Made by a program: the position numbers and the translations under genes
Origin: Octopus vulgaris
Taxonomy: Eukaryota
Assembly: GCA_951406725.2 (NCBI GenBank)
Contig: OX597819.1
Span: 110,732,001 to 110,796,000 of the forward strand
Reading direction: 5' to 3'
DNA length: 64,000 nucleotides
Part shown: positions 11,947-25,220 of the stretch, one piece after another
Layout: every line of letters starts with the position of its first letter
How positions within the stretch are numbered: the first letter of the stretch is position 1
Notes under the pieces: model-generated
Database searches by the model: none
What the model was told of the DNA's origin: nothing
Seen by the model: only the letters and a program-made list of their open reading frames with translations

Positions 11947-12293
11947 CAGGGATTCTCAAGCATTTTTAACCATGTACCCCTTTGATTACTATTTTATTCT
12001 GGTGGATCCCATAACCGTTCGATGTTTAAAAACTAGTTTTACAGAAACTTCTTTCAAAATTTCTGTTTTGTTTTTCACACGTTCACTCGTGTAGGTTGGA
12101 CTATGTAGAACGTTCGAGAATGGAACTTAGCTGCTTCTTGCAATACATAGCAATGCATATATCTAAAGCAAATTATTTTCAGGGTCCTTTAAAATACTAT
12201 GTTGATTCCCAATTAACTAATTTGTTTTGTGGAACTCCCAAAAATTTTATATGTACATTCAAGGGCCATATGAACTCCGCTAGAGAGCCACTT
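11947..12293. mobile_element. decayed hAT/Charlie-like MITE
   Basis: Left end CAGGGATTCTCAA; degenerate right end TAGAGAGCCACTT resembles TTGAGAACCACTG-type hAT TIRs. Confidence 0.45.
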
Positions 12294-12404
12294 ACTTCAA
12301 TCAAAACCGCATCACCGGGATTTCTTCACAGATCGTTTCTCACGGAAACTAAAGAAGAAATATTCGAAAACTTGAAGGAGCCGTCAAGATCCAGAAAAGA
12401 AGGA

Positions 12405-12555
12405 TTCCAGTTTCCGTCTCACAAATTTACTCATGAGGCGTTGGTTAGCATAGAGCTATCGTAAAAGACATTCAACTAAAGCGCCACTCTATGGGACAGA
12501 TTCCGAAAGCTCATGATAATAAAGCGAATGTCTTATCTAGACAACAATGCTTGCA
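12405..12555 (-). mobile_element. highly diverged SINE A 5' half
   Basis: TTCCAGTTTCCGTCTCACAAATTTACTCATGAGGCGTTGG...GCGCCACTCTATGGGAC aligns with the reverse complement of the family A head. Confidence 0.6.
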
Positions 12556-12788
12556 TTTTTATATAATTATTTGGTTTTATGTTACTACTCGTATATATTT
12601 TGGTACATATGTTTACCGAATGGTCCTATCGTCATGAGTTCGGCATGAACTATGACATCTATGTTTCACTATGAAGTTATTATAAAAACGAAACATGTCC
12701 TGAATTACCTCCCGTGGCTGAAGTAATTGAATCAGTATTAGACAATAACAAATTTAGTTTTACCCAACACATAATCATTTCGTGCTAG

Positions 12789-12819
<31 letters not shown>

Positions 12820-13300
12820 GAGTGAGCGAGCAGAGCATGCCATCAAAGTGACACTGGGGTAAAATATACGAAGCCCAGTATACCCATCATGACTACCCGT
12901 CTGATAAGGGTACACCAGGCACATGCATCACAACCATATGTGCGCGACATGGTGATCTCATATCAAGATAAACAGCACATGACCTTGCAGGTGGAGCCCA
13001 GTTAGAATTTTCTTCAGATCGAGTAACCCATCCTGCTCAAAAGGTCCCTGAATAAGGGTTGTTTAAGGACGTTGAACGAAACACCCATATTTCCAGAGGT
13101 GAATTATTCAAACCCCAAAGAATCCTTCTCAACACATGGCTATGATGCTCCCCCACTACTTCTGCTCGTGATCAGAGATGCACATATCGTCAGCCACTAA
13201 GGGACATGCTCAACTGGTTACGGTCAAACAACTGACAAGCAAATCTGTGGTATTGAGCAGAATATTTGCTGTAGCCCATCTTTTATACCAAGACAAAACA
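12820..13300 (-). mobile_element. non-coding (TAA)n-flanked element, copy 1 (shorter at its 5' end)
   Basis: About 480 bp nearly identical to 13382-13918; bounded by (TTA)n. Confidence 0.8.
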
Positions 13301-13316
13301 ATTATTATTATTATTA

Positions 13317-13381
<65 letters not shown>

Positions 13382-13916
13382 GAGTGAGAGAGCAGTGCAT
13401 GCCATCAAAGTGACACTGGGGTAAAATATATGAAGCCCAGTAAACCCATCATGACTATCCGTCTGATAAGGCTACACTAGGCACATGCATCACAAGCATA
13501 TGTGCGCGACATGGTGATCTCATATCAAGATAAACAGCACATGACCTTGCAGGTAGGGCCCAGTTAGAATTTTCTTCTGGTCGAGTAACCCATCCTGCTC
13601 AAAAGGTCCCTGAATAAGGATTTTTTTATGGATGTTGAACGAAACACCTATGTTTCTAAAGGTGAATAATTCAAACCCCCAACACACGGCTATGATGCCC
13701 CTCCCATACTACTTCTGCTCGTGATAAGAGATGCCTATATCGTCAGTCACTAAGGGACATGATGAACTGGTTATGATCAAACAACTGACAAGCAAATATG
13801 TAGTATTGAGCAGAATATTTGCTGTAACCCATCTTGACAAAACAATGTACATGGTAACATTTCCAATCAGTTAAGATCAGAAGCCACGATATCTACGGCC
13901 TGGTACTGCATCAGGG

Positions 13917-13918
<2 letters not shown>
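13382..13918 (-). mobile_element. non-coding (TAA)n-flanked element, copy 2 (longer)
   Basis: Same sequence as copy 1 plus about 70 extra nt ending ...GGTACTGCATCAGGGCA, then (TTA)n. Confidence 0.8.
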
Positions 13919-13988
<70 letters not shown>

Positions 13989-14049
13989 CATTATTCCATC
14001 GTGCAGTGGAGAATAATAGCCTTTCAACACATTCAATTATTAATTTCAC

Positions 14050-14420
14050 ATCACCATCACCACCACCACCACCACCACAAAGACCAAAACCACCACCACC
14101 ACCACCACCACCACCAAGACCAAAATCACCACCACCACAATCACCACCACCACCACCACCACCACCACCACCACCACCACCACCACCACCACCACCACCA
14201 CCACCACACCAACAACAACAACAACAACAACAACAACAACTACTACTACAACAACAAAATCAACATCACTGCCACCACCAACACTACCACCATCGCTACC
14301 ACCGCTTAAATCTACCTGTTACAACCACCTCCGCCACTACCAACATCAACACCACTTTTATCAACCTGCTACAACGACGACGACGACCACCACGACCACC
14401 ACCACCATCACCACCATCAG
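14050..14420. repeat. (CAC)n/(CAA)n compound trinucleotide tract
   Basis: Direct inspection. Confidence 0.9.
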
Positions 14421-15382
14421 CACTACTATCATCGTACAATGCCACGAAGGCACCCAAGCCTCAAAACAGATCAAGCGTCTATACTTCCATCCACCCGTCT
14501 ACCCCATCCACCCCATTTACGCCATTCACCCCGTCTACCTCATCTACCCCGTCTACCCCGATTTCCCCGACTGCCCTCCACAACGTTACCTCACGACCAC
14601 CCTGACATTTGCCGCTCGCCTTTCCATCAACTTTGGTATTTCTCAGTACAAAATGTTAAACATTATCACAACCTCGTCTCTATTTTTCTTCTTCTTCCTC
14701 CTGCTCCTGCTCCTCCTTCTCCGCCCCATCCTCATACTTATACTCTTCCATCTTATCCTTCCACTTCTTCTTCCACCCCACTTCTTCCTTTTCCTACTCT
14801 TTCTTGGCCATCTTCCTGCTTCAGATTAATGTTTATTTTGTTTGTTGGTTAATGTTTCTTCAACCTCCAATGTCATCATTGCTCCACCGCGTCCCTCTCC
14901 TCCATCTCCTCCTCCTCCTCCTCCTCCTCCAATACCATTACTACTATTTTTACTGCTTTTACAGTTTATGATACTATAAACCACGGCCGCTATCATGCAA
15001 TTTTCGTACCAGCAGTTTGGTACATGTTATGAAGTGGTCACCCTTCCCCGTTGCAGAGACGGCCAAGAAAATTGCAACAATGATTACAGAATAAGACAAC
15101 CCAAACCATGACCGCCACTCGGAAAAGGGTCTGACTTAGTAAGCTTTCGTACTAAGCTTTCGCTAATTGTTTTAGGTAACTATGTATTTGTGAGTAGACT
15201 GACACATCCTTTTGTCCTTCCTATACTTATCCAGAGTAACATCAAGGATGTCACAGTTGAAAACATGGAGAGAGAGAGAGAGAGGGGGGGGAGAGGGAGG
15301 GAGAGAGAGTGAGAGAGAGAGAGAGAGGGAGGAGAGAGTGAAAGAGAGTGAGATAGAGATAGATAGACAGATAGATAGATAA

Positions 15383-15433
<51 letters not shown>

Positions 15434-15459
15434 CATACATAGATAGATAGGGAAAGCTG

Positions 15460-15618
15460 TTCCAGTAGTTGGCTGGTACTCATTTTCAACAGATTAAAAT
15501 TGAGCTATGTTAAATGAAGTGCTTTTCTCAAGGGCACGATTCGCTGTCCGCCCTGAGAATTGAACCTACGAACTTATGATCTTGAGCCTGCACTACATTA
15601 ACCACTCGGCCATGTGCT
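15460..15618 (-). mobile_element. diverged CORE-type SINE (family D-related)
   Basis: Reverse complement has TGGCCGAGTGGTT A box, GGTTCAATTC B box and CCCTTGAGAAAAGCACTT CORE-like motif. Confidence 0.6.
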
Positions 15619-15794
15619 TTGTTACTCAACGCGCTGCCCGATCGAATGTACGACCGTATTATCGCGAACCCAAGGTTTTACTACTAAGTCAGGTGCCTTC
15701 ACAGAAATACGTTAAAATCTTGCATATTTCGAAAAAAAAAGAAAAAGATTAGCTATGTTTATCCAAGAGATTATTAAACGACCTAACCAGTCTG

Positions 15795-16225
15795 TTCAGT
15801 AGGACTTTTATCTTCGGTCAATCCTCCATCAACTTTTTCAAAATTCATTTGGAAAAGAAGATTAAAGTGGAGAGAAAAATACTATCTCCCAGTACTTTTG
15901 CTAAGACGTGGGTGAATGTAGCGAAAATGGCCCGTGTCAGTGGACCTACCCTGATAATGCGCCTGTAAGCTAGTGAAACTGAGAGGGAGAAGAGTGCCCT
16001 TCCCGGATGCCCTCGTAGCGTCGAGCGGTTCGGGATTGATGGGGTACCTGAGCCATCTCCAGGTGGTTAACCCCACCCCTATTGGGGAACTTTCTTTGTT
16101 ATATTCCTTTTGTTGGGTATCATTGTTATTGTTTTATTTGTGTACTCGTTTCTGTGTAAAATCCCCACTGTCCATGTCTACTGTATCGCCCCCTATATGT
16201 CGGCCCTAGTGGCCAATAAATGAAA
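15795..16225 (+). mobile_element. Tx1/L1-like LINE 3' end (ORF2 C-terminus and 3' UTR)
   Basis: Frame reads FFKIHLEKKIKVERKILSPSTFAKTWVNVAKMARVSGPTLIMRL*, then a UTR ending GGCCCTAGTGGCCAATAAATGAAA(TAA)n. Clade assignment is from memory of Tx1 C-termini. Confidence 0.55.
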
Positions 16226-16280
16226 TAATAATAATAACAACAGCAACAATAATAATAATAACAACAACAACAACAACAGC

Positions 16281-16371
<91 letters not shown>

Positions 16372-16374
16372 GTT

Positions 16375-16870
16375 ATTTTTATTTCGTAGTCTTATTTTTA
16401 TCATGTACTTTCACTGCACTACCGAGCGCAGCTCAGTGTGTCTTGGGTATGTGCTGCGATTTGTTGTGGTGCTTTACGTAGGATGTGCGGAGTGCATGTT
16501 ATATTCATTCGTAAGTCCTGGCGTTTTGCTTATGTATTTGTCTGAATGTTTTTTAATCATGCTTAATACACGTATTATTGTAGATATTGTTTCTGTTTTT
16601 AGACTCCACATTCGGGTTACCTCTATTTCCAGATCTTTGTATTTTGATAGTTTCTCCGTTTCTTTTAGTGATACACTATCATCGATTAGAAGGCATTTCT
16701 TTTCTTGGTGATCTCTGACAACTATATCCGGTCTATTAGCCTTGATTTCCCTATCTGTATGTATTGGCATATCCCAGAGTATGGTTACTTTCTCATTTTC
16801 TGAGAACTTTTCTGGGGTGTGCCTATACCACATTTTTTTCTATTGTCATTCCATAGTGTTGTCATAGCAC
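16375..16870 (-). mobile_element. R4/Dong-type non-LTR retrotransposon 3' end (RLE endonuclease) in (TAA)n
   Basis: ILWDMPIHTDREIKANRPDIVV...CLLID..EKLSKYKDL matches the RLE RPD/ID/EK..KY motifs; (TAA)n flanks both sides, consistent with Dong targeting. Confidence 0.88.
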
Positions 16871-16884
16871 TCAGTGTATATATG

Positions 16885-17262
<378 letters not shown>

Positions 17263-17479
17263 TGCTCTGAATATCGATTAGTTCAACAACACGAAAAGGC
17301 AAACAAAAACAAAACAAAATGTCAGAAACAAGAAACAGGAACATTTTATTTTGGAACTCTGGTTCCGATGAAAATCTTTCAGTAGGATAAACAAGACTGG
17401 AATTTGATTCTTTTGGAAAATACGTGGAAATTTCCAGTCTTTGAAAGCAACAACAGTCACAGAAAATACAACAAAAATA

Positions 17480-18202
<723 letters not shown>

Positions 18203-18619
18203 CTGTCTGCAAATCGTGCTTCTTAACCACGCGAAGTAGTGGATTTAAATAAAGTATTAGGTAAATAGAGGATGTTATGCAACAAAGTACCGATTAAGTA
18301 CTGGAATCAATAAAATAAAGTACTATTTTGATGACTTTGACAAAACTGATTGAGTGGTTGATTGACTGATTGGCTGAACGATTAATCAAACAATCGATTA
18401 GTTAATTGGTCAAAAACATAACCAATTGACTAATAAAGATAAAGAAGTGAAATACCACCAGTGCATGTGTTTTATTATTATCATTATTATTATTGGCACA
18501 ATGACCCTCCCGGTATGCAATAAGGTTCCATTTCAGTAGTGTACAATTTGCGTAGTGCAATCAATACTTTATATATTCTGAAATGTGTGGCTTTGTGACC
18601 TCCTTAGGAATCATTTATA

Positions 18620-19330
18620 ATTGTTGTAATTATAGTTATTTAGCCCCATTTTCAGACCCCTGATTAAGCAGATATATTATCAAAGATATTCCAACTGTAA
18701 ACACCGCGTCTGCTTCGGGGGAATCCATTCACTGACCATCTTATTTATTATATATCCTTAAACATCTTTCAGAGACTTTGCAATGTGGCTTGTCTGCTAT
18801 TTCTAGCAAACAACATGGCTATAGAGAGATACTCTGACTCAGTTGTTTCTGTTTGTATCTGCGCGCATGCGCACATGTTATTCTTCTTGTTGAGACTCTG
18901 AACGAGAACACCCACGATCAAAGACATTCTAGTCTTTTCCCGGGGCACAATGAATCCAAGATCACTTTATTCAACATATGTTTCCTTTTTTACTACAATA
19001 AAGTGTGATTTGATGAAAATTTCCTTTTATTTCTAGCGGATTAAATGGCTATGTACACTCTTCCGAGGTGGCATACAGTTGCTGTCATTTCCAGCAGATT
19101 GTCGATCCACACAGAGTCTTCTTTATCGGCCCATTGTAGCTATAATTGTTTAACCCCAGGTCAGTATTGACCACACAGCTCTATGACCAAAGGTATTCCG
19201 CCCATGGATATCCCCAAGTTTAGAGACTCCTCAAATTAAATTAGTTAACATTTCCTTCTTTCTTTTAAGACTTTAGTGCCTGATTTAGGGGAAAATTGGC
19301 TGCTATTTCAATGAATTGTAGTGACGAATC
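18620..19330 (+). repeat. ancient diverged repeat family, ~3 tandem units
   Basis: Recurrent motifs TTA.CCCC, ATCAAAGA.ATTCC and CTGCTATTTC.AGCA; related bits at 35660-35730, 55670-55700 (-) and 59100-59140. Confidence 0.45.
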
Positions 19331-19377
19331 CTTCCTTCGTCCGTTCGTTGTTGCCGTAGTTGATGTTGCTGGTGACA

Positions 19378-19545
19378 TGACGTCAGCCGCTAACCCAGAG
19401 CTCTCCCTCAGCTCTCCTCCTCCTCCTCCACCTCCTCCTTTAACCACTCAGCTTCAATAGACAAACCCGTAACCGAAGCAAAACAATACAAACAATGGTG
19501 TTATGATTTTACGGAAATTCCCGAATCAAAGGGAGGGTGGGTGGG
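19378..19545. promoter_or_regulatory. candidate enhancer motif cluster (CRE, Sox, NF-kB, TCF/LEF)
   Basis: TGACGTCA 19378-85, AACAAT 19482-87 and 19491-96, GGAAATTCCC 19513-22, ATCAAAG 19525-31, all in non-repetitive DNA. Motif matches only. Confidence 0.3.
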
Positions 19546-19645
19546 TCGGCACATTTGAGACTTCAAGATTTAACGTTTCATATATCAATTGTGTATGATG
19601 TGACTGTCTCAATGACACCATCACAGCCGCTGCCGCAGTCACCGA

Positions 19646-19647
<2 letters not shown>

Positions 19648-19718
<71 letters not shown>

Positions 19719-19740
19719 GCTGCGGTTACTACTGCTGCTG

Positions 19741-19800
<60 letters not shown>

Positions 19801-19858
19801 TTGCTGCTTATACTACTACTACTATCAGCAACACTACCACCACCACCATCACTACTAT

Positions 19859-19896
<38 letters not shown>

Positions 19897-20018
19897 ATAC
19901 TACTACTAATACTACTACTACTACTGCTGCAGCTGCTTATACTACTACTACTATCAGCAGCAGCAGCAGCGCCGCCGCCGCCGCCACCACCACCACTACA
20001 ACTACTACCAGCAGTTCC

Positions 20019-20068
<50 letters not shown>

Positions 20069-20110
20069 CAACCACACCACTACTACAACCATTACTATCA
20101 CTGCTACGCC
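19648..20110. repeat. (CTA)n/(CTG)n compound tract
   Basis: Direct inspection. Confidence 0.92.
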
Positions 20111-20388
20111 TGCTGACACATCGGCCATTATTGTAAATTATTCAGACATTTTATTTTGGGTGTTCTGGTCTTCATCCTTTTTCTTCGAACCCTGAAAATA
20201 CTGATAGGAAGTCAAGATATGCTGTATTGTGAATGCATTGCATATTAACACCACATTGCGCTATTATGCAATATTGCATTGCATTTCGTTCTTGTATTTA
20301 GTTTGTAATATTCTTGATGTGAACTCGTGTATTGAAACATGTTTTCTTGTATCTCGGGAGGTTCATTATGTCAATAATAAATACATGC

Positions 20389-20598
20389 GACAAGCTGGCG
20401 GAATCGTTAGCACGTCGGGAGAAATGCTTAGCAGTATTTCGTCTGTCGTTAAATTCTGAGTTCAAATTCCGTCGAGATCGACTTTGCCTTTCATCTCTTC
20501 GGGGTCGATAAATTAAGTATCAGTTGTGTATTGGAGTCGATCTAATCGACTGGCCTCCTTCCCCAAAATTTCGGGCCTTGTGCCTAGAGTAGAAAAGA
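20389..20598 (+). mobile_element. SINE family B, tail type B1
   Basis: AGCTGGCGGAATCGTTAGC A box, GAGTTCAAATTCC B box, GACTTTGCCTTTCATC...GGGGTCGATAAATTAAGTA central domain; TSD ATAAATACATGC. Confidence 0.9.
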
Positions 20599-20610
20599 AT
20601 AAATACATGC

Positions 20611-20845
20611 GGCGAGCTGGCAGAATCGTTAGCCCGCCGGGCGAAATGTTAAGCGGTATTTCGTCTGCTGTTACGTTCTGAGTTCAAATTCCACCGAAGT
20701 CGACTTTGCCTTTCATCCTTTTGGGGTCGATTAAATAAGTACCAGTTACGCACTGGAACCGATGTAACCGACTTAATCCCTTTGTCTGTCCTTGTTTGTT
20801 CCCTCTATGTTTAGCCCAGCCACGTGGGCAATAAAGAAATAAATG
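20611..20845 (+). mobile_element. SINE family B, tail type B2
   Basis: Same head and centre as B1; tail TTTGTCTGTCCTTGTTTG...GTGGGCAATAAAGAAATAA; flanked by the same 12-bp TSD. Confidence 0.9.
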
Positions 20846-21074
20846 ATAAATACATGCATTGGCCCTATTTCACTTTGCTATTTCTTTGCCAATTGGTTAA
20901 ATATTTAGTGAACTAACTGAAGTAAATCTGGAGTAAAGAGAACATGTAACTGATGAGGTTGCGAAAGGCAACGAAAGAACGTTGACAAACCTCAGTGATT
21001 GACTGATTATCCGAACGATTAATCAAACTGCCGATTTGTTAATTGGCCGAATATTTAACCAATTGAGATCACAA

Positions 21075-21250
21075 TATTCTCCTTGAAAGGAACGCCAGTC
21101 CAGTGCAGGGATAATAGTTTGCAGTTGAGAAGAGGGGAGTAAAGTGGAATGAAGTGTTTTGCTCAAGAACTGAACACACCGCCCAGTCTGAGAACCGAAT
21201 CCACAATCTGGCAATCGTGAATGCAATACACTGATCACTAGGCCACTCAC
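21075..21250 (-). mobile_element. diverged family D-related SINE with V-domain-like segment
   Basis: Reverse complement has TTCTTGAGCAAAACACTTCATT and CCCTGCACTGGACTGGCGTTCC; resembles 44550-44760. Confidence 0.6.
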
Positions 21251-21438
21251 TTTCGCAACGGTGCAGTGTAGTCTAGTGCAGTAGTGTAGTGAAGTGCATT
21301 CCATTGACTACAATAGATTAGTGCATTGTCAGCCACATGCTGTTAGAGTACCTATTGTAATACGCGACATTGCGCATTGCACATATTATCGTACGATTAT
21401 AGCATTATAACTGTATTCAAGGATTACTTCCATATTCG

Positions 21439-21635
<197 letters not shown>

Positions 21636-21685
21636 CTGTATCTATCTATCGATCGATCTATCTATCTGTCTAAATTCATCCATAT

Positions 21686-22058
21686 ATTCTTTTATTTGTT
21701 TCAGTCATTTGACTGTGGCCTTGCGGGAGCACCGACTTTAGTCGAATAAATCGACCCACAACTTATTCTTTGTACTTATTCTAAAGGACTTTTTTTGCCA
21801 AACTGCTAAGCTACAGGGACGTAGGCACACCAACATCGGTTGTCAAGCGATGTGGGTAAGAGACAAACACAGACACACAAACACACACACTCACACATAT
21901 ACGACGGGCTTCTTTCAATTTCCGTCTACCAAATCCTCTCACAAGGCTTTGGTCGGCCCGAATCTATAGCAGAAGACACTTGCGCAAGGTGCCACGCAGT
22001 GTAACTGAACCCGGAACCATGTGGTTCGTAAGCAAGCTACTTACCACACAACCACTCA
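21686..22058 (-). mobile_element. SINE family A
   Basis: Full reverse-complement match. Confidence 0.9.
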
Positions 22059-22772
22059 CGATATGGATATATGAATATATGTATGTATAGACATAAGTGA
22101 ATGGTTATATATATATATATGTGTGTGTGTATACGTATATACGTGTACATGTACACACCCAGATATAGCTAGATAGATATATAAATATGTATTTAATATA
22201 TATAGAAATACATATGTAGGTATGTATCTCACTCTCTGTCTTTTTCAATATATATGTGTATCAAAGTACACGCACACACACATATACATATCGAACAAAA
22301 CACACAGACACACACACAAAGTACACACTCATACACGCATAAATTGTCTACGTGTGTATGTTTGAAAACAAGAAAAAATACTATAAAATACGAGCATAAT
22401 TTTACGACTGTTACATCGCCACCACCGCTAACAATAATGGTAATAGAAGCACTAATAGAATAATATTAATATCCAAAGTTATAACAACATGAACACAAAG
22501 TGCTTCCGGTGAAGGCTTACTCATCATCTACACCGTATCATGACTTTTATGCTGAACATGACTCTGAGTTTTGAGTAGGTTTATTGATCCTTGGCACCAA
22601 GGAACAAACATTTTTGGCTCTTTACAAAACGTAAACCGACACACCTCTACGAGAAAGAAAGCTTTAGATAATTTGACATCGGGTTTACACGTCTATGTAT
22701 TATCATATACAAACTCAAAAATATGTTGGTTGTCTCTCTGTTTCTCTCATTCTCATTCTTATTTTCTATCTG

Positions 22773-22835
<63 letters not shown>

Positions 22836-22934
22836 GTATGTCTGTCTATCTTTCTTTCTATCAATCTATACCCATATTAAAATAGGCACACATACACTCA
22901 GTCATATTTGTCCTCATGCTTATCTATCTATCTG

Positions 22935-23009
<75 letters not shown>

Positions 23010-23149
23010 GGATCCATGGCTAGCGGCGATATCGTATAATGGTGAGTGATGGAATGGCTAGTAGTGCTGAGGTATGTGGTGGTAGGTTAGTCAGGCATGT
23101 TCCCGAAAGCGATCGGCTGGTTCCCTCAATGTTAAGTGCGCCAAAAAAC

Positions 23150-23248
23150 TTGCTGACATATCAACTTTGAGCGCAATCGGATGGAGGATACCCGAGATCT
23201 GAGAAGACACACACACAGACCGACAGAACGGATTTTATATAATAGATA
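23150..23248 (-). mobile_element. Helitron family H2 5' terminal fragment
   Basis: Reverse complement starts TCTATTATATAAAATCCGTTCTGTC; matches 32650-32740. Confidence 0.7.
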
Positions 23249-23314
23249 TATATATATGTGGTTGAAATTTATCGAAAAGCAAAAGACGAAGACGGGTGTA
23301 TGATTTTTTCTTTT

Positions 23315-23532
23315 CTACTCTAGGCATAAGACCCAAACTTTTGTTTGAGGGGGCCAAGTCGATTAGATCGACTCATGTATGCAACTGGTACTTAACTTAT
23401 CGACCCAGAAAGAATGAAAGGCAACGTCGACCTCAGCGGAATTTGAACTCAGAACGTAGTGACAGACGAAATACCTATTTCTTTACTACCCACAAGGGGC
23501 TAAACACAGAAAGGACAAACAAGGACAGACAA
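23315..23532 (-). mobile_element. SINE family B composite (B2 tail joined to B1 body)
   Basis: Minus strand reads ...GTGGGTAGTAAAGAAATA|GGTATTTCGTCTGTC... Confidence 0.85.
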
Positions 23533-23930
23533 ACATGTATGTATGTATGTATGTATGTATGTATGTATGTATGTATGTATGTATGTATGTATGTATGTAT
23601 GCATGCATGCATGCATGCATGCATGCATGTATGTATGTATGTATGTATGTATGTATGTATGCATGCATGCATGTATGTATGTATGTATGTATGTATGTAT
23701 GTATGTAGATAGGTAGGTAGGTATTGATACATGCATGCACGGACAGATGAGCAGGTGGATATACATATGTATAAAGGCCTACATGTGTGTTTGTCTAATG
23801 TGTATTTGTGTACGTCAGAGTGTATACTATATGTTGATAGAAAGATAGATAGATGGATGGTTGGATGGATGGATGGATGGATGGATGGATGGATGGATGG
23901 ATAGACATATAGATAATTATAAATGTATTC

Positions 23931-23982
<52 letters not shown>

Positions 23983-24249
23983 ATATATATGCACGTATGT
24001 ATGCGCATGTACACAGAGCTGGTAGCTAGGGCGAAGCTACATTAGGTAACAGATTGCATCTACATTTTTCTCTTCTATTCAGACTCTATCCAGATTTTAT
24101 TCATGAAAAGACAACTGCAAACCAGCGCCATGTTTGTTTGAAGGTTCCAGTTTCTGTGTCACTGTGTCATGTGATATTAAAAGGAAGGAATGCTGGCCGA
24201 CATCCACGGATCTCTTTGACAAATGAGTCACCTCCAGTTGCGTGGAGTG

Positions 24250-24717
24250 ACAATGGTGATGGCGATGGTGATGGTGGTGGTGGTGGTGATTGCATTGATG
24301 ATCACTTTGACAATGATGATGACTGTGTTGATGGTGACGGTGATGAGAACGGTGGTGATGGCGGTGTAAGCGGCGGCAATAGCGATGAAGATGACGATGA
24401 TGATAGCGATGACAGAGGTGGGGATGGTGGTGATGGTGGTGATGGTGGTGATGATGATGATGATGATGTTGTTAGTGGAGGTGATTGCAGTGAGGGTGGT
24501 GATAATGATAATGATGATAGGAATGTACATGGCGATGATAAAGGTGGTGGTGATGATGGTGTGCTATGGTGGTGGTATTGTTGATGCTGACGATGATGAT
24601 GATGGCAGTGTGTGGGTGTCGTAGTGATGCTGGTGGCGAGAATGATGAGTATGGTGATGGTAATAATGAAGGTGTCGTTGGGCGTAATGGTTGTGGTATT
24701 AGAAATGAGTATGACAG

Positions 24718-24753
<36 letters not shown>

Positions 24754-24766
24754 GGATGATGATGAG

Positions 24767-24837
<71 letters not shown>

Positions 24838-25089
24838 AGGTGAAGACGAGGAGGAGGATCTGCACGAGGAGAAGGAGGCCGACGAGGAAGAAGACAAGGA
24901 GGAGAGGTATGGCGTTGCTACCGGTGTTGATGATGATGGAGCTGGAAGTGACACTGATGGTGATGGTGATGGTGATGGTGATGGTGGAGGCGGCGGTGGC
25001 GGTGATTGTGACGCTAGTAATGATATTGGTGGTAGTGCCGTAGATGATGAAGCTGGTAGTGGGGTTTGTGACGACAACATTGATGATAG

Positions 25090-25148
<59 letters not shown>

Positions 25149-25220
25149 GTCGTGGCGGTGGTGGAGGTGGCGGCCGCTGCGACGGCAGTGACGGTGGCGG
25201 CTGTGACGATGATGATCGCG
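24250..25220. repeat. cryptic (GAT/GGT)n low-complexity tract
   Basis: Direct inspection. Confidence 0.9.

Noticed and set aside
14006-14605. 199-aa Pro/Gln-rich formin/extensin-like ORF
   Set aside because: It is built from (CAC)n/(CAA)n and a 9-bp repeat, and the alternative frames are equally open.
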